Below are positions 19,482-28,496 of a stretch of 64,000 nt of DNA, in pieces. The position numbers and the translations under genes were made by a program. The notes under the pieces were generated by a model. It worked only from the letters and a program-made list of their open reading frames with translations. It was not told the DNA's origin and did no database searches. This stretch comes from Candidatus Eiseniibacteriota bacterium. GTDB taxonomy: Bacteria; Eisenbacteria; RBG-16-71-46. The DNA is taken from contig JBGPFC010000001.1 in NCBI GenBank assembly GCA_041483195.1, positions 96,001 to 160,000 of the forward strand, given 5' to 3'. Each line of letters begins with the position of its first letter. The stretch's first letter is position 1.

Positions 19482-20954
19482 GTGAAGCCGCTCGACCTGG
19501 TCGTGATCGGCGGCGGTATCACCGGGCTGGGCGTCGCGCGGCTCGCGGCGCGCAACGGGCTGGCCGTGGCGCTGATCGAGCGCGGCGACCTGGCCTCCGG
19601 CACCAGCAGCCGCTCGAGCCACATGCTGCACGGCGGGCTGCGCTACCTCGAGCACATGCGCTTCGCGCTGGTGCGCGAGTCGCTCGCCGAGCGCGCGGCG
19701 GTGAGCCGCATGGCGCCCGCGCTCGCGCACCCGCATCGCTTCATGGTGCCGGTCTATCGCGGCGATCGCGTGCCGGCGTGGAAGCTGCGCGCGGGCTTGA
19801 GGCTCTACGACTGGTTCGCGGGCGGGCAGGCGCTCGCGCCGCCCGCTTTCGTGCGCACCCGCGAGGCTCTGGAGCTGGAGCCCGCGCTCGCGGCCGATGG
19901 CCTGGTGGGCGCCGGCATCTACTCCGACGTGGTGATGGACGACGCCGCGCTGGGCGTGGCGGTGGCGCGCGACGCCGCAGCGCACGGCGCCGCGATTCAC
20001 ACCGGGCTCGAGGTCACGGCCGCGCGGCCGGTCGAAGATGCTTCATCGCCCGCCGGGCCCGCGCTGATCGAGCTGGGCGCGCGCGATCTGGCGAGCGGCG
20101 CAACGCTCACCTTCGACACCCGCACCGTCGTAAACGCCGCGGGCCCGTGGTGCGACGCGGTACGGCGGCTGCTGTTTCGCGGGCTCGCGCCCGGCACGCC
20201 CGATCCCGCCGCGCTGCTGCGCCCCTCGCGCGGGGCGCACCTCATCTACCCCGCGCTCACCCGCGGCCACGGGCTGCTGCTCACCGCGCATCAGGACGGC
20301 CGCGTATTCTTCGTGATTCCGTTCGGGCAGTACTCGCTGGTCGGCACCACCGAGATCGAGGTGCCATCGCCCCCGCCCGACGACGCGTTCGCGCCGACCG
20401 TCGAGGAGCTGCGCTACCTGCGCCGCGAGCTGGCGCACGCGCTGCCAGAGGCCGCCGGCGCGCCGCCGATCGCCGCGATCGCCGGGGTGCGCCCGCTGCT
20501 GCACTCGGAGGGCGCGGTCGGCGAGGCCTCGCGCGAGCACCACGTGGTCGAGGAGCACGGCGTGTTCAGCGTCGCCGGCGGCAAGTACACCACCTTTCGC
20601 GTGATGGCGCGCGACACGCTGGCCATGGTCGCGAAGCACCTCGGCCGCACCGCGCCGATCGAGGACTCCGAGGATCGGCTCCCCGCGCCGGTCGCATCGA
20701 GCGCGAGCCTCGATCAGATCGCGCGCCACGCCGCAGAGCACGAGTTCGCGCGGCACCTCGACGACGTGCTGCGGCGGCGCACGCTGCTGTGGCTCACCCC
20801 CGACCGCGGCCGCCTCGCCGCGCCCGAAGTGGCGACCGTGCTCGCCGAGACGCTTGGCTGGAGCGCCGCGCGCACCAAGGAGGAGCTCGAGCGCTACGAC
20901 GCGGGGCTGGTGGACGAGGAGGCTCTGATCCGGCGCGCGATGGAGGCATTATGA
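19482..20954 (+). CDS. glpD: FAD-dependent glycerol-3-phosphate dehydrogenase/oxidase
   Basis: GGGITG; GTSSRSS.MLHGGLRYLE; GGKYTTFRVMA; adjacent to glpK. Confidence 0.92.
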   Translation: MKPLDLVVIGGGITGLGVARLAARNGLAVALIERGDLASGTSSRSSHMLHGGLRYLEHMRFALVRESLAERAAVSRMAPALAHPHRFMVPVYRGDRVPAWKLRAGLRLYDWFAGGQALAPPAFVRTREALELEPALAADGLVGAGIYSDVVMDDAALGVAVARDAAAHGAAIHTGLEVTAARPVEDASSPAGPALIELGARDLASGATLTFDTRTVVNAAGPWCDAVRRLLFRGLAPGTPDPAALLRPSRGAHLIYPALTRGHGLLLTAHQDGRVFFVIPFGQYSLVGTTEIEVPSPPPDDAFAPTVEELRYLRRELAHALPEAAGAPPIAAIAGVRPLLHSEGAVGEASREHHVVEEHGVFSVAGGKYTTFRVMARDTLAMVAKHLGRTAPIEDSEDRLPAPVASSASLDQIARHAAEHEFARHLDDVLRRRTLLWLTPDRGRLAAPEVATVLAETLGWSAARTKEELERYDAGLVDEEALIRRAMEAL

Positions 20955-22438
20955 GCGGACGCTACGTGCTGGCGATCGATTCCGGCACCACCGGCAGCAC
21001 CGCGCTGCTGATGGACCACGCGGGCGCGGTGCGCGGCCGCGGCTACTCCGAGCTGCCGCAGCATTTCCCCAAGCCCGGCTGGGTGGAGCACGAGGGCGGC
21101 GAGATCTGGGAGTGCGCGCTGACCGCGGTGCGCCGCGCGCTGCGCGGGGCACGGGCCCGCGGCGCCGACGTGGTGGCGATCGGGATCACCAACCAGCGCG
21201 AGACCGCGCTCCTCTGGGATCGCGCGAGCGGGAAGCCCGTGCATCGCGCGATCGTGTGGCAGGACCGCAGGACCAGCGATCGATGCGCTGCGCTGAAGCG
21301 CTTAGGGGTAGAGGCCGACGTTCGGCGGCGCACCGGGCTGGTGCTCGATCCCTACTTCTCGGCGACCAAGCTCGAGTGGATGCTCGCGCGCGACGCGGTG
21401 CTTCGCGCCCGCGCGCGGCGCGGCGCGATCGCCTTCGGCACCGTTGACGCGTGGCTGGTGTGGAAGCTCACCGGCGGCGCGACCCACGCGACCGATTGCA
21501 GCAACGCATCGCGCACGCTGCTCTACAACATCCGCCGCCTCGAGTGGGACGAGACGCTGCTGCGCCGCTTCGGCGTGCCGCGCGCCGTGCTGCCCGAGGT
21601 GCGCTGGTCGAGCGGCGGCTTCGGCGTGACGCGCGGCGCGCGCGTGCTGCCCGACGGGATTCCCATCGCCGGGATCGCCGGGGACCAGCAGGCCGCGCTG
21701 TTCGGCCAGGGCTGCGTCGCGCCCGGTCAGTCGAAGAACACGTACGGCACCGGATGCTTCCTGCTGCTCCACACCGGAGCGAAGCCGGTGGCGTCGCGCG
21801 CGGGCCTGCTCACCACCGTCGCGTGCGGCCCGCGCGGCGAGCCGGCCTACGCGCTCGAGGGGAGCGTGTTCATCGCGGGCGCCGCGCTGCAATGGCTGCG
21901 CGATGGGCTCGGGTTCATGAAGCGCGCGAGCGAGAGCGAGGCGCTCGCGAAATCGGTGAGCGATTCCGGCGGCGTGGTGATGGTGCCGGCGTTCGTGGGA
22001 TTGGGCGCGCCTTACTGGCGCCCCGACGTGCGCGGCGCGCTGCTCGGCCTCACGCGCGGCACCACGCGCGCCCACATCGTGCGCGCCGCGCTCGAGTCGC
22101 TCGCGTTCCAGAGCCGCGACCTGGTGGAGGCGATGGAGCGCGACGCGAAGCAGCGCGTGCGGCGGCTGCGCGTGGATGGCGGCGCGGCGGCGAACGACTT
22201 CCTCATGCAATACCAGTCGGATCTGCTGGGCGTGCCGGTCGAGCGGCCGCGCGTGGTCGAGACGACCGCGCTGGGCGCGGGACTGCTCGCGGGGCTGGGC
22301 GTGGGATTCTGGAAGTCGCACCGCGAGCTGGATCGCGCGCGGAAGATGGAGCGGGTGTTTGCGCCGAAGCGGACGAAGGCGTGGCGCGACGGGGAGTATG
22401 CGAGGTGGAAGCGGGCGGTGGGGATGATGGTGGCTTAG
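20951..22438 (+). CDS. glpK: glycerol kinase
   Basis: ATGA overlap with glpD; IDSGTT; ITNQRET; WQDRRT; GDQQAALFGQ; KNTYGTG; YALEGS. Confidence 0.95.
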   Translation: MSGRYVLAIDSGTTGSTALLMDHAGAVRGRGYSELPQHFPKPGWVEHEGGEIWECALTAVRRALRGARARGADVVAIGITNQRETALLWDRASGKPVHRAIVWQDRRTSDRCAALKRLGVEADVRRRTGLVLDPYFSATKLEWMLARDAVLRARARRGAIAFGTVDAWLVWKLTGGATHATDCSNASRTLLYNIRRLEWDETLLRRFGVPRAVLPEVRWSSGGFGVTRGARVLPDGIPIAGIAGDQQAALFGQGCVAPGQSKNTYGTGCFLLLHTGAKPVASRAGLLTTVACGPRGEPAYALEGSVFIAGAALQWLRDGLGFMKRASESEALAKSVSDSGGVVMVPAFVGLGAPYWRPDVRGALLGLTRGTTRAHIVRAALESLAFQSRDLVEAMERDAKQRVRRLRVDGGAAANDFLMQYQSDLLGVPVERPRVVETTALGAGLLAGLGVGFWKSHRELDRARKMERVFAPKRTKAWRDGEYARWKRAVGMMVA

Positions 22439-22532
22439 GAGATCGCTGCTCTATCCGGCTGGGCTGCCGGGCCACGGGCGGGTCACTCTGGCGGGCTTGC
22501 CGCCCGTCAGGGCAGCCATCGTGTCCTGCCCC

Positions 22533-23111
22533 TCACAGGTCCGCGACTTCTCGCCGGGCTCGCTCGAGCAGGTCGGTGATGCCCAGTTCCCGTGCCCAGC
22601 GGTCAAGGTAGGTCTCGTCGAGTTTTCCGCGCGCGGCCGCAAGGATCGAGTGAACATCTCGCCGCTGGCGGTCCGACACCTCGCCCCCACGCCGAAACCA
22701 CTCGAGCTTTCGCAGGATCGTGTCCTCGGGACTCTTGAGGAGCACCGCATGCCCTTGGTCGTCGCCGACGACCTGCCTGATGGAACGGCGCAGCTCCTCG
22801 GCGTCGAACGGTGCCGCGCCCTTGATGAAGAAGTCGATCTTGAACGACGTCTGGTCGTGGATGGCGTTGAACATGCTTCGCCCCGACAGCGCTTCCGCCA
22901 TCGCCGAGCGGCTGACATAGAACTCGGGTTCGAGCGCGCGAGCCAGGGCTTCCAACTGATCGCCGGTGGGGTCGATGACGAAATCGATGTCTGCCGAGGC
23001 ACGGTACATGCCATGCGCCGAGCTCGCGATCGATCCACCCACGTGGTAGGGAATGCCCAGCCGCTCGAGGAGCTCGGCGACATAGACCAGGAATTCAGTG
23101 GGCAGGGTCAC
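22533..23111 (-). CDS. predicted nucleotidyltransferase-fold protein
   Basis: IPYHVGGSIASSAHG..RAS.DIDFV (GG/GS...DxD); KIDFF; SPEDTILRKL. Confidence 0.65.
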   Translation of the reverse strand: MTLPTEFLVYVAELLERLGIPYHVGGSIASSAHGMYRASADIDFVIDPTGDQLEALARALEPEFYVSRSAMAEALSGRSMFNAIHDQTSFKIDFFIKGAAPFDAEELRRSIRQVVGDDQGHAVLLKSPEDTILRKLEWFRRGGEVSDRQRRDVHSILAAARGKLDETYLDRWARELGITDLLERARREVADL

Positions 23112-23395
23112 GGCGCCGGTCGTGCGAGGCGGGCACGACGGTGTTCAAGCACCCTCGCGGCGGGGTCCGGGCCGAGGACGAGCTCGAAGAACAGCGCGTC
23201 GAGCTCCGCCTCCGCAATTCCCGGGTGGCGCCGTCTCAAACCCTCCCTGCTCATCGATCGGGCGAGCCGGGTGAGGTCGTCCATGAGCGCCAGCCGCCGT
23301 CTGGGTGGGATGCGGCGCAAGGCGACGAACTGTGCGCGGAGCGCCTCGCGGGAGGTGTCGCCGTCAAAGCGAGCACCGCCCCCGATGGGGGTCAC
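23108..23395 (-). CDS. small helical protein, putative partner of the nucleotidyltransferase
   Basis: DTS.EA...Q...LRR.PP.RRL...GLRRRHP pattern; 4-nt overlap with the downstream gene. Confidence 0.55.
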   Translation of the reverse strand: MTPIGGGARFDGDTSREALRAQFVALRRIPPRRRLALMDDLTRLARSMSREGLRRRHPGIAEAELDALFFELVLGPDPAARVLEHRRARLARPAP

Positions 23396-23446
23396 AGTTT
23401 GTCTCCCTGATCGAGATCCGGCATCGGCTGCATATGTCTCGCGAGC

Positions 23447-24778
23447 TTACCTCGCCGCGCACTTCGTGCACCACATGCCGGTCTTGATGACGCCGGCGAG
23501 AGTCGAGAAACGATGGCCGCGGGCGCATTCGAAGCGAAGCGGTCTGCGATGGTCGTCCCATGTGGACGTGAGACAGCGTCCCCCGCGTTCGATGGCGAGC
23601 GCCCTCATGCCTTCGAGCGTGCCCCTCGCGGAATGGGCACAGGTGGGGCACCAGCCGCCCTTTCGAACGTTGAACGGGAGGGCCGACCACGTGTGGCCCC
23701 GTGCGCACCTCCATCGGAGCGCTACCTTCGACGCGTGATACTCCTTCGAAAGACACAGGCCACCCCGTTCGGTGGCCAACTCGCGCATGATCTCGATGCT
23801 CAGCCGTGCGAGGCTGTGCCCGCCGCGGACCCGGCAGATCGGGCACCACGTTCCCTGGATGATCGAGCCGGGCACGGCTCGCCATTCGTGGCCTTCGCGG
23901 CAACGCCATCGAAGCTTCGTCGCGGCGCCTCCGTATCTCGGCGACTGGCATTCCCCTCCGCGCTCCCGAGCGACCCGCCGCATTCGCTCGAGATCGCCCG
24001 GCAAGAGGCTGCGGCATCTCCAGCACCAACCGCCTCCCTTGACCATCGCCGCCGTCTTGAGGAATCGATGGCCCTGCGGGCACCGCCACTCGAGCTTCGC
24101 CGGGCCGCCCCGATAGCGTTGCGAGAGAAGCTCGCCGCCCCACCGCTCGGCGAGAGATCGCAGGTCGGCGAGTGTCGAGGCTTCCTTGCAGATCGGGCAC
24201 CACACACCCGCGTCGATGCTCTCGGCCGTGGTCTGCCATACGTGCCCGCGCCCGCAGCGAACCTCGAATGACTTCTTCGAGTGGCGGAATCCGGGGGGGA
24301 CGATTCTTCCTCCGCTTCGCTCGACTCGCCTCTCGAGGCGGCGAGCCACCACCTGACGCCGCGCGGCGTTTATCTCCAATCGATGCGGATGTGGGCAGAC
24401 CGGGCACCAGCTGCCCTGGATGATGCTCTCGGGAACCGTCACCCATTCGTGCCCGGCGTGGCACCGGTAACGCTGCCTCGTCTGCGAATTGATGTACTCG
24501 CGCGAGACGACGGTGCCCCGTTTCCGGGCGACGATCCGGTAGAGACGGGCGCGCGCTTCGCTGCTCTGCCGCCTCGCGCCCCGGATCCTCGCGCACAGCG
24601 AGCACCACTTGCCCTGCTTGACGGCGCTGGGGGTCTGCTCCCAGACGTGGCCCGCTGCGCAGCGGAACCGCAGTTTCGTCGCGTCGCCGAGGTAGGCGCG
24701 CGAAAGCAGCAGTCCGCCGCGCGCGTTCGCCATGCTGCGAAGTCGCGTGAAATAGAAGTCTGGAGGCCGGCGCTTCAC
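23447..24778 (-). CDS. zinc-ribbon tandem repeat protein (7 units)
   Basis: Seven repeats of GG..LS..Y....L.WRC..GH.W......I..G.WCP.C. Confidence 0.8.
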   Translation of the reverse strand: MKRRPPDFYFTRLRSMANARGGLLLSRAYLGDATKLRFRCAAGHVWEQTPSAVKQGKWCSLCARIRGARRQSSEARARLYRIVARKRGTVVSREYINSQTRQRYRCHAGHEWVTVPESIIQGSWCPVCPHPHRLEINAARRQVVARRLERRVERSGGRIVPPGFRHSKKSFEVRCGRGHVWQTTAESIDAGVWCPICKEASTLADLRSLAERWGGELLSQRYRGGPAKLEWRCPQGHRFLKTAAMVKGGGWCWRCRSLLPGDLERMRRVARERGGECQSPRYGGAATKLRWRCREGHEWRAVPGSIIQGTWCPICRVRGGHSLARLSIEIMRELATERGGLCLSKEYHASKVALRWRCARGHTWSALPFNVRKGGWCPTCAHSARGTLEGMRALAIERGGRCLTSTWDDHRRPLRFECARGHRFSTLAGVIKTGMWCTKCAAR

Positions 24779-24821
24779 GAATGTCCCAATGCCTCACATC
24801 GCGGGTCTGCTGCCGTTCGGA

Positions 24822-25367
24822 TCACCCGGCCACTTTCTCGGTGGCTCCGATCTTCGCCCCGGTGCCGAGAAAAGTCCTCCGCATCAACCTCTCGACGGCG
24901 GACATCGCGGCTTCCAACTCGGCGCGCTTTCGGCTCACCTCTTGATTCGCACCGGCTTCCCCTGCCAGCGCTTCGGCGCAGCGCTCCCTGAGCGGCAGGC
25001 GAACGTGGCGCTGCCCCAACTGCGCGAGCAGTCCGTGCACTCGCCGAATCCGGCTCAGCGCCTCCGCGACGTGTTCCGCCGCCCGCTCGACCGGCACCGT
25101 TCCGCGGCGCACGTCCTGAAGCAACCGGCACTCGAACGTTCGACAGCACTTCGGTCGGTGGGCGTAGATGCCGCAGCGTCTTCCTCGCAAGGCCGCGCAC
25201 GGTTGCACGAGCAGCCCGCCGCTCTCGTCGCCGTCTTCGACCTCGAGTCCGAGGATCTCGAGCCGGGTTGCTTCAGGCTCGCCGACCAGTTCCACGTCGG
25301 CGAACAACGAGCCGTCGCAACACAGCCCGCACCGCGTGCACAGCGTGTCCGTGAGGCTCGCTGACAT
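24822..25367 (-). CDS. YkgJ family cysteine-cluster (CxxCxxCC) protein
   Basis: CTRCGLCCDG; QPC; CGIYAHRPKCCRTFEC. Confidence 0.85.
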   Translation of the reverse strand: MSASLTDTLCTRCGLCCDGSLFADVELVGEPEATRLEILGLEVEDGDESGGLLVQPCAALRGRRCGIYAHRPKCCRTFECRLLQDVRRGTVPVERAAEHVAEALSRIRRVHGLLAQLGQRHVRLPLRERCAEALAGEAGANQEVSRKRAELEAAMSAVERLMRRTFLGTGAKIGATEKVAG

Positions 25368-25415
25368 GCGGGGACCATCGCGCATCGCGCCGAAAGATGA
25401 AAGCGGCTTGATACG

Positions 25416-25670
25416 TCAGGCGTCAGGTCCCCGACTCAGTCGCCGCTCGATCGCCTGCCGGATCGCCCTCGCGCCCGGCAGGACGCCCAGGAAACCCAAC
25501 GCGCCCGCCTCGATCGCGGGCTCGCCGTCGACGAGCACGGTGAATTCGCCGTAGCTGCCAACGACTTGCTCGATCTCGATGCCGAGCGCTCTCTTCAGAC
25601 CCGCCGCCACCCGGACGGCATGGAGCCCGCTGATTCAATAGTGACAGGATCGAAACACCACGCGTGCCAT
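25416..25670 (-). CDS. Rdx/SelW-like CxxU selenoprotein, 84 aa
   Basis: GGAGG RBS then MARVVFRSCHY-TGA(25637-25635)-ISGLHAVRVAAGLKRALGIEIEQVVGSYGEFTVLVDG; in frame with ORF 25416-25610; the G.FxV.VDG motif is Rdx-like. Confidence 0.82.
25596..25637 (-). promoter_or_regulatory. putative SECIS element of the Rdx selenoprotein
   Basis: Hairpin GCCGUC-CGGGU-GGCGGC starts 15 nt after UGA; weaker lower stem CGGGCUC/GGGUCUG. Confidence 0.5.
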
Positions 25671-25701
25671 GCGACCTCCCTCAAGAGATCTGGAGCCGCG
25701 T

Positions 25702-26151
25702 CTAGAGCTGGACCACGGCGCCCAGCAGCAGGGCGGTTCCTATCATGAGCCATCCGATGTAGCGACTGTCGGCCGCGCAGATGCCTCGCCTGGGGGCCGG
25801 CATGAACGACCAGAAGACCAGGATCCATGGAAAGAGCCAGATGGTGTCCCGCGTCCGCTCGGCCCATGATTCCGGGCTCGCCGCGAGCACGGGCGTGATC
25901 AGCACGGCGGCGCCCATGATGGCCACCATGGACAGGTAGGCCCGCTTCGGGTACGGCGTGTGCCGTACGTTGAGCGCCGCGATCGCGAGTAATCCCAGCA
26001 CCGCCAGCGGCGTCGCCGCGAACACGCCCGATTCACTGACCGCAGTCCGCCTCGTGAGCGCCGCCGTGGCGAGCTGCGTCACCAGCAGGATGCCGACACC
26101 GATCGATGCTCGCTTCCTGCCCGGCTTCTCGGGCCGCCTCGCCTGATCCAC
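25702..26151 (-). CDS. hypothetical membrane protein
   Basis: About 5 hydrophobic segments; GTG start just after the HTH gene. Confidence 0.55.
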   Translation of the reverse strand: MDQARRPEKPGRKRASIGVGILLVTQLATAALTRRTAVSESGVFAATPLAVLGLLAIAALNVRHTPYPKRAYLSMVAIMGAAVLITPVLAASPESWAERTRDTIWLFPWILVFWSFMPAPRRGICAADSRYIGWLMIGTALLLGAVVQL

Positions 26152-26165
26152 GGTGAGTCTCCGTT

Positions 26166-26375
26166 CTATCTCGACTTCCGATCCCGCTCCGGCTCGAACA
26201 CTTCCTCGATGCGCTTTCCGAACAGCCGCGCGATCTTGAACGCCAGCGGCAGGCTCGGGTCGTACTTCAGGGTCTCGATCGCGTTGACGGTCTGCCGCGA
26301 AACGTCGAGCTCGGCCGCGAGCTCGCCCTGCGACCAGCCCCGCTCGCCGCGCAGCCGGCTCACGTCGTTCTTCAT
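26166..26375 (-). CDS. XRE-family HTH transcriptional regulator
   Basis: MKN.V..LR.ERGWSQGELAAELDVSRQTVNAIET.KYDPSLPLAFKIARLF; ATGA overlap with the upstream gene. Confidence 0.92.
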   Translation of the reverse strand: MKNDVSRLRGERGWSQGELAAELDVSRQTVNAIETLKYDPSLPLAFKIARLFGKRIEEVFEPERDRKSR

Positions 26376-26770
26376 CGATATCGGTGTTCGAGCACGACCA
26401 CGCCGCCTGCCCAGACCGCCAGCATGAACTCCGACAGGACAAGCCCTGACGGGAACCAGCCGACGCCGGCCACCTTGAAGAACAGCGTCATCGCGAGCAG
26501 TGCGCCGGTGGCGGCGAACGACACCGCGATCGCGATCAGGTGGATGCGCTGTTGCAGCTCGTCGAGACGGCGGATCGCCGCGACCGCGACGATGATGGTC
26601 CATGCGAGCGCGCCGGAACTGAGCCCCGCCATGAGGAGCCGCGTCGGCTCGCTGCGCGGAAGCAACCCGGCGATCGCCAGGGCCGCCACCATCGCCGCGA
26701 GGGCGGGAATCAGCTCGACCGCAAATCGCCGGTCGAAGCAGCCGAAGGGGTTCGGGCGCCCGCCACTCAT
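26372..26770 (-). CDS. membrane protein co-transcribed with the XRE regulator
   Basis: 4 TM segments; LDELQQRIHL.A motif. Confidence 0.7.
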   Translation of the reverse strand: MSGGRPNPFGCFDRRFAVELIPALAAMVAALAIAGLLPRSEPTRLLMAGLSSGALAWTIIVAVAAIRRLDELQQRIHLIAIAVSFAATGALLAMTLFFKVAGVGWFPSGLVLSEFMLAVWAGGVVVLEHRYR

Positions 26771-26834
26771 ACGTATGCCCCGATCCGATCCACCGAATTC
26801 CCGCGCAACGCCTGGGCCACGCTCATGAGGGGGG

Positions 26835-26876
26835 AGTGTAAAGGATGCTTGTCAGGCCTGTCAAGCATGCTTTACA
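26835..26876. promoter_or_regulatory. 40-bp palindromic operator overlapping a sigma70 promoter
   Basis: TGTAAAGGATGCTTGTCA-GGCC-TGTCAAGCATGCTTTACA (2 mismatched pairs); minus strand TTGACA-N18-TACACT. Confidence 0.75.
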
Positions 26877-26987
26877 GCCGTGTCGTGCGGCTGGAGCTGT
26901 CCCGGCGCCGCGTGCGGTGGACACCGCGCGCCGAGCCGCGATCCGGCGTATCATTCGCGCGAGCTGCGGACCTTCTTGGAGGTAACC

Positions 26988-27986
26988 GTGCCCGGCGCGA
27001 GCAAAGGCTTGAAGACCGTCGTCGCGATGCTCGGCGTCATTCTCGTTCCGGCCTATCTCACGCTGCGGACGATTCACCTTGCTCCGCCGCCAGCGTTCAC
27101 GCCGGGGACGAACCCGAGCCCTCACGGGTACACGATCAGCCTGCTGCTCTTCATCGTTCCTGCGATCGCGATCCTGTGGTGGTTCGCGCGTCGCCCACAG
27201 GCCCGCATCGAACGATCGGCGTTCTTCCTGTCCGTCGTCTGGACGGCCGGGATCGGAATCGCGCTCGACCTCTTCTTCGGGAACGCGTTCTTCACCTTCC
27301 CCAATCGCGGCGCGATCCTTGGCATCCTGCTGCCGGGCTACGTCCCGGGCGCGGGATGGCGGCTCAGCATTCCGATCGAAGAGTTCATCTTCTACGCGGC
27401 CGGGTTCTCGGCCATTCTCCTCTTCTACGTCTGGTGCGACGCGTACTGGTTCGAGGCGCACGACGTCGCCGAGATGAAGCGCCGCGCTCGGGCCGTCCCG
27501 CGCATCTTGCAGCTGCACCTCGGCACCGCGACGGCGGCGCCGCTCCTGCTGGCCGCGGCGGTCGCGTACAAGCGCTGGGGCCCGCACGCGGATCACGCCG
27601 GGTTCCCAGGCTACCTCACGTATCTCCTGCTCGCGGCCGCCACCCCGAGCCTCGCGCTGTTCCACTCGGCCCGATCGTCGATCAACTGGCGCGCGTTCAG
27701 CCTGACGATCGCGTTCCTGCTGGTGGTGAGCCTGCTGTGGGAGGTGACGCTCGCGATCCCGTACGGCTGGTGGGGCTATCGCGATCGCCAGATGGTAGGC
27801 CTCTACGTGGTAGCGTGGGGGCACCTGCCGCTCGAGGCGGTGCTGGTCTGGGTCGCATCGAGCTGGGGCGCGGTGATCATCTACGAGAGCGTGCGCATCG
27901 CGCTTCACATGGAGCGACCGATGGCGGAGGCGCTGTTCGGGGCCGAAGCGGCGGCGAGGCTGAGGCGCCTGGGACGGCGGCCGTAG
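26988..27986 (+). CDS. membrane protein with two lycopene-cyclase-like domains
   Basis: GGAGG RBS; multi-TM; IPIEEFIFY and LPLEAVLVW motifs. Confidence 0.55.
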   Translation: MPGASKGLKTVVAMLGVILVPAYLTLRTIHLAPPPAFTPGTNPSPHGYTISLLLFIVPAIAILWWFARRPQARIERSAFFLSVVWTAGIGIALDLFFGNAFFTFPNRGAILGILLPGYVPGAGWRLSIPIEEFIFYAAGFSAILLFYVWCDAYWFEAHDVAEMKRRARAVPRILQLHLGTATAAPLLLAAAVAYKRWGPHADHAGFPGYLTYLLLAAATPSLALFHSARSSINWRAFSLTIAFLLVVSLLWEVTLAIPYGWWGYRDRQMVGLYVVAWGHLPLEAVLVWVASSWGAVIIYESVRIALHMERPMAEALFGAEAAARLRRLGRRP

Positions 27987-28069
27987 TCTCGCCCCAGGCG
28001 TAGCTCGACGACGCACCAGTCAGGGTGGATCCGGGTGGAGCTCATAAGACGACGGCGCCTTGTCTTGGC

Positions 28070-28285
28070 TCAGGCAAGCCGTCGCCTGGGAATCGCCAGA
28101 AGCACGATGCCGCTGATCAGCGCGATCCCTCCGACGATGGGCGACAGCGGGATGTTCTTGTGCTCGGTCGTCGTCGCCTTGAACAGACCGACATCGAGAA
28201 TCGTTCTCTGCCGGTTGTAGCTGATTCCGCCATAGACCAGCGCGATGATTCCGAGAATCACGAGTGCGAAGCTGAAGGTCTTCAT
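28070..28285 (-). CDS. small membrane protein (DUF3185-like)
   Basis: TM-YGGISY...ILDVG....T...K.IPLSPIVG-TM. Confidence 0.65.
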   Translation of the reverse strand: MKTFSFALVILGIIALVYGGISYNRQRTILDVGLFKATTTEHKNIPLSPIVGGIALISGIVLLAIPRRRLA

Positions 28286-28318
28286 TGGTTCACACGTTCC
28301 TTCCGGCCGAAGCGGGGC

Positions 28319-28468
28319 CTACAGCGCCCTTCGACCCGAAATGATACGGAGCAGAACAACGATGATGGCGACGGCGAGCAGCAGGTGGATGAAGCCACCC
28401 AGTGTGTACGCCGTCAGCATGCCGAGCAGCCATAGGATCAGAAGCACCACTGCGATCGTCCAGAGCAT
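28319..28468 (-). CDS. lmo0937-family small membrane protein (49 aa, absent from the ORF track)
   Basis: MLWTIAVVLLILWLLGMLTAYTLGGFIHLLLAVAIIVVLLRIISGRRAL*. Confidence 0.85.
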   Translation of the reverse strand: MLWTIAVVLLILWLLGMLTAYTLGGFIHLLLAVAIIVVLLRIISGRRAL

Positions 28469-28496
28469 TTGCCGCCGCCTTTCGCGCCCGCCTGCG

